Translations under genes and position numbers: made by a program
Notes under the pieces: model-generated
The model's database searches: none
The model's input: only the letters and a program-made list of their open reading frames with translations
Told to the model about the DNA's origin: nothing
Assembly (NCBI GenBank): GCA_030704615.1
Contig: CM060731.1
Location: forward strand, 92,814,001-92,878,000
DNA from: Takakia lepidozioides
Lineage: Eukaryota; Plantae; Bryophyta
DNA length: 64,000 nucleotides
Direction of reading: 5' to 3'
Part shown: positions 25,200-35,861 of the stretch, piece after piece
Position numbering within the stretch: the stretch's first letter is position 1
How the letters are laid out: each line of letters opens with the position of its first letter

Positions 25200-26290
25200 G
25201 AACGGCCTTGGACGGAAATTCGGCGCCGTTTTTTAATCATGTTCAGTTTTTATATCGTCCAGTTTTGGGCCTCACCACCCGACCGGACTTCCTTTGAGGG
25301 GGCCCGGATGGAAATTCGGCGGCGAATTTCCATCCGGGGGATGGTATCTGTCGGATAGGTGCCGGCTTCTACGCCCGAGGCGACTTCGTCCGGGCGTTCC
25401 CTGTTGGATATTCGGTGCCGAATTTTCGTCCGGGGGTTGAAATGTGACGGCCAGGTGCCGGCCTCTCCCCCCTCCCCGACTGCATCCGAACCGCTCCGCA
25501 CGGAAATTCGGCGCCATTTTTCCATCCTGGGAGGTTTTTATATCGTCCAGTTTTGGGCCTCACCACCCGACCGGACTTCCTTTGAGGGGGCCCGGATGGA
25601 AATTTGGCGCCGAATTTCCATCCGGGGGATGGTCTCTGTCGGGCAGGTGCCGGCCTCTCCGCCCGAGGCGACTTCATCCGGGGTTCCCCTGTTGGATATT
25701 CGATGCAGAATTTCCGTCCGGGGGTTGAAATGTGACGGCCAGGTGCATGCCTCCCCCCCCCCCCTCCCCGACTGCATCCGAACGGCCCCGGATGGAAATT
25801 CGGCGCCGTTTTCCCATCTGGGGAGGTTTTTATGTCGGCCAGTTTTTGGCATGCCCCCTCGACATGACTTCGTTTGGGGGGGCCCGGATGGAAATTCGGC
25901 GCCGAATCTCCATCCAGGGGATGCTCTCTGTCGAACACACGCCGGCCTCTACGCCCGAGGCGACTTCATCCGGGGTTCCCCTGTTGGATATTCGGTGCCG
26001 AATTTCCGTCCGGGGGTTGTAATGTGAGGGCCAGGTGGCGGCCTTTCCCCCGAGCCGACTGCATCCGAACGGCCTCGGATGGAAATTATGTCGGCCAGTT
26101 TTCGGCCTGACCCCCCGACACGAATTCCTTTGGGGGGATCCGAATGGAAATTCGGCGCTGAATTTCCATCCGGGGGTTGTTCTCTGTCGGACAGGTTCCG
26201 GCCTCTCTGCCCGAGGCGACTTCATACGTGCGGCCCCTGCTGGATATTCGGTGCCGAATTTTCATCCGGGGGTAGTAATGTGACGGCACG
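25200..26290. repeat. About 290-bp tandem repeat (about 4 units), each with several GGAAATTCGGCGCCGAATTTCC-type palindromes, upstream of the transposase
   Basis: tat(a/g)tcg(t/g)ccagtttt recurs near 25253, 25541, 25831 and 26087. Confidence 0.85.
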
Positions 26291-26569
26291 GTGCCGGCTT
26301 CTCCCCTTCAGCCGACATCATCCGGACGGCCCCCCACTTTCTGACTGCATACCGTTGGCAGTTATTGCGCAAAGACCAGGGGCCGCATTCCTGAGACAAG
26401 GTTCATTAACACTCTGACTGTGGAATTTTGAGATAGTTGGCTCCCTGGATTTGGATCAGGCTTCGTCGCTCGGACAAATCGGCACCGCATTCCTTCCCAT
26501 CGCTGCATCCCCCTTTTACCAGGGAGCTTGCCCGCACACCATCCTGGGAGTCTTGTGTGCACATCTCCC

Positions 26570-28445
26570 ATGGCGGAAAACCCAAGCGCTACAGTGTACT
26601 GCCCTCCTCACGAGCATAGAGCTTCATTTCCGTGCAGAGGGGACATCTGCCGGGTGATGGAGAAATATCTGTGCGTTCGATACCACCTAAAACCGGGGTT
26701 GGTTTTCTTGGAGGAGGAAAGGAAGGACTCAAACGGCGTTGTTGTCGAGAGTATTGTTGTGCTCCACGATGATTTCGGCGATGGCAGGGAATGGCGAGTT
26801 CCACCATCGGACAACGTCATATACAGGGCTGTTGGGGACTTCATTTGCCCGCCAAATGCACCTTCTATCCTGGCGCCTTCCACGAAACAATCCGCGAATC
26901 AGAGAGTGGCTACATCAAAGAGAGAAGTCCGCAACGAAGTAAATCCAGAGCCGAACTCTCCATGAAGACGAGCGAGAACCGGGTTGTTCACAACCTGTCC
27001 GACTCAGACGAGGTCATGGAAGTTCCGAGGTCGTCCTGGAGATCAGGCAAGTCCTCAATGGACGTCAGTGGACAAGGGAGTCATATTCCCAGCACGAGCA
27101 CCACAGTTCAATCTATTCTTGAAATTCTGCAAGGGCTTCACATGGAGGGACACCGCTCGGAGCTGGCCGGGCTGGACTACAGCAAGTTCGCAATTAAATC
27201 GGTTACATGCCTTCCCGCAGACGCCGACGGTAATATCTTCTTTGAGTTCCCTCCTCAGACGGACTACTCGAGGGCGTCCGGAATGTTCACAGATATGGAT
27301 AGAAAACATGATGGTCATCCTTGGTGCGTCACCAAAACCACCAGCATGAAGATGCTCGATGGTGTGCAGGTGCGCTACGTTGTTTGTGCGGGCGCGTTGC
27401 GGTGTTTCTCCCCAACTTGCTTCCATTTTAAATCCAGAGGTCACAGGAACGAGACCAATTGGACAGGCACAGCTCATCAACCATTTCGTGCTCAGGAGAA
27501 GGTTCCGAACTCCACATTTAAGTGTGCGCATTGCAAAGAACCACCACACTGCATGTCTGTTTGTAATGCCAAGCAGTTCTATGTGTTGCACCGTTTCCCT
27601 GACCTCACCCGAGCTTGCATACACGTTGGTTCCCATTGTCACAAATTGGCGAAGGGGAACTCGCGGGAGGCTGCCCACGAGGCAGAGCAGCTCGTTCAGG
27701 AGGAGGTTAAGTTGAGATCGGGTGCCAAACCCAAACAGATACAACTCCAAGCCGCCCATAAGATGGCATTGGCCAGAATTATGTCGGAAGACGGCTCCGA
27801 TAGAGTTCCTCTCAATGAGAAGGAAATGGAGGCATTGCTGGAGTTGATGTCCCATGTATGTTCACCGAATGTCCGAAACCACATTGTCTCATGCAAACAA
27901 AAAATTGGGCGTGGCTCGGATATGCACTCCATTCTGGAGGTGAAGCGACGATGTGGATATGACTATATTCATGGAAGTAGGTTTCCAGGACAAGGGACTG
28001 AGGCAGATCGTTGTTTCGTATTCAAAATGTCCACGTGTGGACCTGGCAGCGGCGTCGAACTGGTCGACAGGATGACGAGTGGGGACTTGTCAAACAGTTG
28101 GGTCATGTTCGACCATATCAAGCGAATTACAAATCACCAGTGGGTGACAATGGGTGCACATGTCTACGACACCCACTGCAGGATGCTAATGACAATTGCT
28201 ATTTGTGAGATGAAAGGAGAGGACACACAATCGGAGATGCTTCTTTGGCAGGGAATAAACGAACAGATGGCCAAGGCGGGATTGCCCCCTCCCAATTTCC
28301 GTGGTTTCATGGCGGACAACGCACAAGCAAATTGGGCTGCCATCTGCAGGGTGTACGGGCAAGACCCCAATGTTCCCATGGAAGGCAAGGAGAGATCTTG
28401 AACGAGTTGCACAAACTCCTCCTTAGGGATTCCAGAAATCATTGA
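26570..28445 (+). pseudogene. GCM-like zinc-finger / MULE-type DDE transposase, copy 1 (frameshift about 26955; about 1.7-kb internal deletion at about 28398)
   Basis: DGHPWC...CAGALRC...C...CAHC...C...IHVGSHCH; WVMFDH; FMADNAQAN. After KERS the sequence jumps to the terminal NELHKLLLRDSRNH seen in copy 2. Confidence 0.87.
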
Positions 28446-28599
28446 TGGGGCAAAGGGAATCCTCCATATGGATATTTTCAATTGCATTTTCATGTATCAG
28501 ATTTTTTTTTGCAATGTAATGAAATGCACCCCAAAACTCCTGGAATGAGGCTATATTCCATTCAAACTGAGATCCAACAGAAGCAGTTGTGGGGCCATT

Positions 28600-29000
28600 T
28601 CTGGAAAAATGGCGCCGAATTTCTCTATTTTGGGTCGAAAACTAGCTAAGTCCCAACATGCACTGGTACCCCTGTGTCTGGAAAAATGGCGCCGAATTTC
28701 CCTATTTTGGGCCGAAAACTGGCTAAGTCCGAACATGCTCGGGAATGATGTCTAGAAAAATGGCGCCGAATTTCCAGTTACATGGCCCAGAACTGCCCAA
28801 CATCTGTGCAATCCCCGACACCATGTACTGAAATTCGGCGCCACATTTCCAAATTTTGGGCTTACACACCTATCATGAGGGGACCTAAAGCCGCGGAATT
28901 CGGCACCATTTTTTGCGAGAGAGACCTATTACCGCGAAATACGTCGCGATTCTTTCCGGTTACGGACCCTATTACCGCGAAATTCGGCGCCATTTTTGCA
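28600..29000. repeat. Subterminal cluster of GGAAAAATGGCGCCGAATTTC-type motifs
   Basis: Copies near 28603, 28680, 28754, 28830 and 28979; the same cluster is at 39600-39960 in copy 2. Confidence 0.8.
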
Positions 29001-29239
29001 CATGTCGCTGGGAATTGGCATGAGCGGAAGACGAAATATCATGAGCACAACTCTCAAAACTACAATTTCCCCTTCAAGGTGCCGAATAATATATTTGTTT
29101 TTTCTGACACATTGCATTAAATTAATGTTTTATAATGTTTTTTATTTTCGAAATTTGTACTTCTGCTCATGAAAACCGATTGTCTTGCTACTCCGCACAT
29201 GCCGCTCATGCCGCTCATGCTCATGAAATACCTAACCTC

Positions 29240-29720
29240 TCATATAGGACTTCATATAAAGTCGCCACCAAGTATACACCATTCCAATTAATTTATGGTA
29301 TGGAAGCTTTACTTTCAGTGGAATTCTTATTACCTACCATGAGAACTGAATGGGGGAGGAGAATGGAATTGGAGGATTCAATTAAAGTAAGGAAACATGA
29401 ACTATATCATATGGAAGAAGTACGTGCTGATGCAGCAGATAACATGACCAGAATTCAGATGAAGAGGAAGGATCAGTTTGATGAAGGTAAATTGAAGACT
29501 TTTAGGACAGGTGATTTGGTACTGTGGTTGCAGAAGAAGGGAAAGATTAAAGCTTCTAAGCTTAAATCACCATGGAAAGGACCTTATGTCATACAGAAGA
29601 TGTATGATAACAACACAGCTATATTACAAACCATTAACAAAGAGATGCTTGGTAGAGTCAATGCCAATAAGTTGAAGGGATACAGTGGTATCCATGATAG
29701 ACCATTGCAGCATGATTTGC
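29240..29720 (+). pseudogene. pol: Integrase C-terminal part (continuation from 17501)
   Basis: SYRTSYKVATKYTPFQLIYG...FRTGDLVL...KLKSPWKGPY...VNANKLK (GPY/F motif, no chromodomain). Confidence 0.9.
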
Positions 29721-30859
29721 ATCTTGAAACACAGATGCAGTCACAGACTACACCAGTAGCACCAGCGGAGCATGAAGCACTTGTCATAAAGCCGAATGTG
29801 TATGGCCATTGCAGAGAACATAAGTGTTCACACAGCCATCACAGTCCACCACAGTCTATTACAGCATATCACATCTTACCACAGCTTGTCACAGCCTGTC
29901 ACAGCCCAATACAGGCAACACAACCCACACAGGTCGCACAGTCCATAGGGGCAGTGACAGATGGACACGAGTTAACGTCAGTAAAGTGGCCGGTACGTGT
30001 AAAGACAGTTTGGAAGTCAAACTCGGAGAATGTGCCACGCGGACAGAGGGAGACGGGAGAGTGTTTGAATTCAAACACGTGGCCTAAGGGGCAAAGCACT
30101 CCGCATTGCATAACATAACGAGCGTCATCACACAAGAAGACAAACAGGGCCGTCAAAGTACCTACCCGGTACATCGCCGAAACTTATTATGAGCCCATTA
30201 ATGCATCAAGATGACAGGTAACAGAACACTTTACGCGTCCGGCAAAGGGGAACATTTGCCACATATGCAGTCCTAGTGGTCATTCCAAGATGGAATATGA
30301 ACATATTAGGGTAAAAATGAGAAGTTACATAATGAGGCAACGGCCAATCAGCAACGTGAACTTTGTTGACTTAGCCCGAAAATGGCTAAGTCCCTGGACG
30401 GCAATAGGGCCTAGAACTGGAAAACGGCGCCGAATTTCCAGTTCCGGGCCAGCCACCCTAGGGACTTAGCCCGAAAATGGCTAAGTCCCTGGACGGCAAT
30501 AGGGCCTAGAACTGGAAAACGGCGCCGAATTTCCAGTTCCGGGCCAGCCACCCTAGGGACTTAGGCCGAAAATGGCTAAGTCCCTGGACGGCAATAGGGC
30601 CTAGAACTGGAAAACGGCGCCGAATTTCCAGTTCCGGGCCAGCCACACTAGGGACTTAGGCCGAAAATGGCTAAGTCCCTGAACGGCAATAGGGCCTGGA
30701 ACTGGAAAATGGCGCCGAATTTCCAGTTCCGGGCCAGCAAGTCTAGGGACTTTGCCATTTTCGGAGCCCTGACTGGAAATTCGGCGCCATTTTCCCTAAC
30801 ACCACTTAGGCCTCTAACATCCTGAAATGCCAGGACTTGAAAGAAAGGCAGCGCGTATG

Positions 30860-33800
30860 TACCTGTACAGAAGGCGCATTGCTGCTTTGTCCGCGTTCGG
30901 CTGGTCGGTGAACTCGTGGCTCCGGCGAGCATCTGCTATCTCCCGAAAGAATAGGTTGGTTTTGTAGAGCAGAAAGTACCTCGTCACATAGTCACGTAGG
31001 CTCTCTACTGCAGGAGATATCTCCATCTTGAACTGATGTGCTTGTGTGTCCAGCTGCTCTTGCGCATTCGTCGTCACCTGTGGAGATTCTCCATCAGATC
31101 GCTTTCCTCAAAAAATACAATGAATCCACCCCCTACTAGAGTAGAAGCCCCAAACGAAGCGTGGGGATGTACCTGAAACCACCATGTCATGCGGTTCATC
31201 CACATGTCGAATGTGGGGTCAGAGAGTTTGTCCGGTTTGGGGAAGCTCCACATGTCCCAGGTACTTTGGGAACCATTCCAGATTTGGAGCCACCGGGTCT
31301 GTCCAACCACCCAGCATATTCGTAAGCGCCAAACACCACAAAAAGGAGTTGTTGCCACCACAATTTGGTTAAGAATGTATCACCTTTTCTGTTGCATCCA
31401 CACAGGATGTGGCTAGACGATGGAGCTTCTCCAATGTCATCGTGGGCTTCAGAGCGCGAGAGTAGTGCTTCCCCACCTCCACCAGAAAGTCGGCACCAAG
31501 GGCGGGATCAGCTATGGCCACGTACTTTACCATCCGCGACTTGTACTTTATGCGGGCCCTCACCTCCGCAGCTTTGACATACGATTCGAGTTCCGGGAGG
31601 GTTGGATTCTTCTCCTCTGACTCCATGTAGAACCTCCGCGCATGTGCCAAATCCTGCTGTATTTTCGTCTGTCGAAAAGGCGCACATAAGATTAGAGATC
31701 CTGCTCAACACAATTTCTTCTATTGGGGGAGGAGAGACAAATTAGCTCAACAAAACTGTCAGGAGCTTTACCCGAAATATGTAGTCCACCATGGCGTCGA
31801 CGCTCAGCCTATACCAGGTTCTGTCTGCCTTTGCCTCCGACTTGCGCAGGAGGTCGGCACTGAGGGAATTGGCAAACTCTTGCACCCCCTGCTTCCCGAC
31901 ATCCTTCACTCGGAAGAGCATATGGGACAAGTTGGTGGCAATGAAGGCATTCTCAGTCACCCTGCAGTGCCACATTTCCATCAAACAATACTGAAATGGG
32001 AATTTTCATCATATATGAGGATTCGCAATGAAATGACTTCCAAATTCAAAGTCCAAAAGCGAGAGGGGTTGTAGCTTACGAGTTGATGTCGGCCATTGCA
32101 GCTTTAAGAAGACTGCGATCTTTGGGCCCCGCAACCTTCAGGACAACACAATCGACGGCGAAATGCCAATCGAGATCGTTGGGGTGGGCTTGGGCAATGT
32201 GCTCCATCCATGCCAGGAGGCGATGATTGCCGTCCCACACATAGAACATCTTACCGGACATGTGCTGGAAAAGAGGATCACTAGCAATCGATCTCTCGAA
32301 CTCCTCATTTCGCGTTTGCCAATGGGGACCCCATTTGTCCACCTCATCGGAAGTGTGGGCACGGGAAGCTCCGTGGTCGTTCTCAATGGAAACATAAAAG
32401 GCGGCAGACCCCATTCGATATCCATCCCGGAAAGAGAATTTCAGCTTGTCGATATCGCCTGGGAGGGCAGGTCTCACCACCTGCAATGACACCAAGCGGC
32501 AAAGGGGAATTCGAAGCTTGGCCGGGTACACCATGCCCCCCAGCACCCTGCCAATGTTGCTGTGGGTTGCCTCCAACATCTTGGCAGCGGCCAACTTCAT
32601 ATCCGCCTCAGACATGACGTCTGCTACAGAGGGGTTTTCCGGCAGCCCACTAGGACCGCCAAATCCAGCCTGTATGCTCCGGGTTTGGGGCCTGGGGATG
32701 TCCGGGAGGATGTCATCCTGGTCAGAAACCTCCATGTCGTCCTCCTCAACAGGGTCAGCCACCTGCGAAACCACCTCCAGCACTCTCGTCGTCTCTACTG
32801 CCCTCTCCCTGGCTTCACCTCGAACTTGCACAATCCGTGCTCTTTCAGGTGTTCTATCCTCTCCTCCACTCTCCACCGTATGGGTAATTGCGGGGGCTGC
32901 TCTTGCCCGCGATGGTCTAACCGGTGTGCTACTGCCTCTCTGTGGTGTCTTGTAGGGATCCACCGTCTCTGTGGGTCCCTTGCTTACATTGGCATCTGTC
33001 ATTTGGGCACCCCTGGCCTCTTCAACTGCCTTTTGTCTTTCCTCCTGGCTAGCATTCTGTCTCGTCTGTTCTTTTGCCCTCTCTTTTGCCCTCTCACGGG
33101 CTTTCTGTTTCTTACTAGGGCTAGCAGCAGGGGAGCCCTCCAAGACGACCACCTTTGATTGAGGCGAACTGACACCCTCGCGCGCACTGCTCACTCCCCC
33201 CTCCGCAGCCCGTGACTGCTCTCTCGCCGGGGATTGCATGTGCTTAGCTTTCTTCTTTTTCTTTGCGTGGGCGGGCCCTACTGCATGTGCATGAACAACC
33301 TCCATTGCCGGATCTGCTGTCCTCATGTCCTCACGCCCTTCACCTGCCATGCCGCCTGCACCAACCTCCCCAATGCCTACTCTGTCGTAATCTCGTTGCA
33401 AGTCCTCCCGTCCACCAACAAAAGGTTTAAGTTTGCCCTCTCGCCCCAAGTTGGGCGATTCAAACATGCGATGAGTTGGAGCTGTCGATGATACCACCAG
33501 CGTGCCGGGCTCGTCGTCACTCTGTCATTGACAAAAATCGTGAAAACCAACATCGGTGCAAAAAGCAGCATCGCAACGAGCAGCGCAACCACCATAGCAA
33601 CAATCATGTAGCAAAAATGAAAACATAACAAGTTTAGGAAGTATGGAGAGCCATGCAACAACAATGAAAACAAATGCAACAATTGCCTAAGAATGACATG
33701 CACAAGCAGCCTTCTCCAGAGCTGCCGGATTTGCACACGCATTGCAAACAATCTAAGGTTCACTCAACTATCTAAAGTTCACTCATACAGCAAAGCCAGG

Positions 33801-34044
33801 ATGAAGATGCAAAAACAAAGCGAAAGCAAAAAATAAATCGAACAAACCGAAAGCAGAAGTGGCTTGCCTGAGAGTACTCGGCTTCAGTTGGCGCAGGTTG
33901 TGAGCAAGACACTGGAATCTCCTGCTGGAGCTTCAGTTTGGCCATGCGAGAGATTGGCCGTCGTCCGTAGTACAGAGCTTTCAACTTCCGCCGCGGTCTG
34001 GATGTGAGGTCTCTCTCAGGAGAGCCACGCCCTTCAGGCGGCAT
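30860..34044 (-). pseudogene. ParB-domain half of the ParB-MTase gene, copy 2 (3'-truncated)
   Basis: Exon 1 MPPEGRGSPERD...EYSQ is identical in protein to copy 1, the FYVWDGNHRLLAW motif is intact, and the splice sites are conserved. Confidence 0.82.
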
Positions 34045-35861
34045 AAGTCCCAGCCAAAGAGATCTCCTTTTTTGGGGTACATGCCTGGAATACCATGTTA
34101 AGCCAAGTTTAGCATGAGATTTAGGGTACGTGTCCAGGAAGCCATGCGTCGCCAGCCCAAATAATAACCGACGGCCGTCGACATTTATTGCCCAACTGCG
34201 CAATTAAATGTCGGATGAAGCCCTCCATGTCGGATGAAAATCGACGTAAACAGTCCCGGAATTTCCAACGTAGAGGTAATTCGGAGCGCTGCACGATGGA
34301 ATTCTGGCGCCGGATTTCCATCCTGCAGGTAATTCGGAGCGCAGCAGGATGGATATCCGGCGCCGAATTTCCATCCGCGGAGGAAGGGCGGCGCTGGAAA
34401 TTTCCCTCATGCAGGTAATTCGGAAGCGCGCGGATGGAAATCCGGCGCCGAATTTCCATCCGCGCAGGTAGGGCGGCGGTGGAAATTTCCCTCATGCAGG
34501 TAATTCGGAAGCGCGCGGATGGAAATCCGGCGCCGAATTTCCATCCGCGCAGGTAAAGCAGGTAATTGGAAATCCGGCGCCGAATTTCCATCCAGGTTCC
34601 CTTTCCCATTTTGCAGGTAATTCGTGGAAATCCGGTTTCCATTAAGCCTGCCGGGGAAATTCGGCGCCGAATTTCGCAGGTAAGCGAATTGCCGGCCGGA
34701 ATTTCCATCAGGAAACGGCGCCGAATTTCCATTCGCCATGTATTTCTGAAATTACCTTCGTGCAGGTAATTCCCAGATGAGAATTACCACCCCACCATCG
34801 ATTGAATTACCTGCAGGAAGGTAATTCTCATCTGGGGGGAATTACCTGCACGAAGGTAATTCTCCATGGCGAATGGAAATTCGGCGCCGAATATCCATTC
34901 CGACTTACCTGCTGGATGGAAATTCGGCGCCGAATTTCCATTCGGGATTCAATGGAAAATTGGGAATTACCTGCAGGATGGAAATTCGGCGCCGGGGCTG
35001 GATGGAAATTCGGCGCCGAATCTCCATCCATCCGGGATGCTGGATTTTGGGGGTTTGGGCTTTCCCCAAGTAAATTCGGCGCCGTTTTCCCATCTGTGGA
35101 GTTTTTATGTCGGCCAGTTTTCGGTCTGACCCCCGACAACTTCCTTTGGGGGGGCCCGGATGGAAATTCGGCGCCGAATCTCCGTCCAGGGATGTTCTCT
35201 GTCGCACACTCGCCGGCCTCTGCGCCCGAGGCGACTTCATCCGGGCGTCCCCTGTTCGATATTCGGTGCCGAATTTCCGTCCGGGGGTTGAAATGTGACG
35301 GCCAATGCAGGCCACTCCCCCCTCCCGACTGCATCCGAACGCCCCGGATGGAAATTCGGCGCCGTTTTTCCATCTGGGGATGTTTATTATGCCGTCCAGT
35401 TTCGGCCTGACCCCCCGACACGACTCCCTTTGGGGGGCCCGGATGAAATTCGGCGCCGAATCTCCATCCAGGGGATGTTCTCTGTCGCACACACTCCGGC
35501 CTCTGCGCCCGAGGCGACTTCATCCGGGCTTCCTCTGTTGGATATGGGTGCCGAATTTCCATTCGGGGTATATGTGAGGCACGGTGCCGGGCTTCTCCCC
35601 TTCAGCCGTCATCATCCGGACGGCCCCCCACCTTCTGACTGCATACCGTTGGCAGTTATTGCGCAAAAGACCAGGGGCCGCATTCCGGAGACAAGGTTCA
35701 TTAACACTCTGACTGTGGATTTTGAGATAGTTGGCTCCCTGGATTTGGATCAGGCTTCGTCGCTCGGACAAATCGGCATCGCATTCATTCCCATCGCTGC
35801 ACCCCCTTCTACCAGGAGCTTCCCCGCACGCCATCCTGGCAGTCTTGTGTGCACATCTCCC

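Larger units (their letters stand above)
17502..29239. mobile_element. Mutator-superfamily DNA transposon (family B, copy 1) with both termini, 11.7 kb, carrying a ParB-methyltransferase gene
   Basis: Left end GGGGGCTGCTATTTCATGAGC and right end (reverse complement) GAGGTTAGGTATTTCATGAGC, with subterminal CATGAGC repeats. The 9-bp TSD is TCATATGGG (17493-17501) versus TCATATAGG (29240-29248). Removing the element restores integrase ALWSYRTSYK. Confidence 0.92.
6615..30369 (+). mobile_element. Ty3/Gypsy (Tat/Ogre-like, non-chromovirus) LTR retrotransposon, degenerate, hosting two nested DNA transposons; 3' LTR missing
   Basis: Order is 5' LTR, PBS, extra ORF, gag, protease, partial RT, RNase H, integrase. 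The integrase is split at 17501/29240 by the Mutator-like element. Confidence 0.88.

Noticed and set aside
23927-26417. Many overlapping ORFs with MEIRRRISI / DGNSAPNFH / WKFGAEFPS repeats
   Set aside because: These are translations of the stop-free palindrome on both strands, with no evidence of coding.
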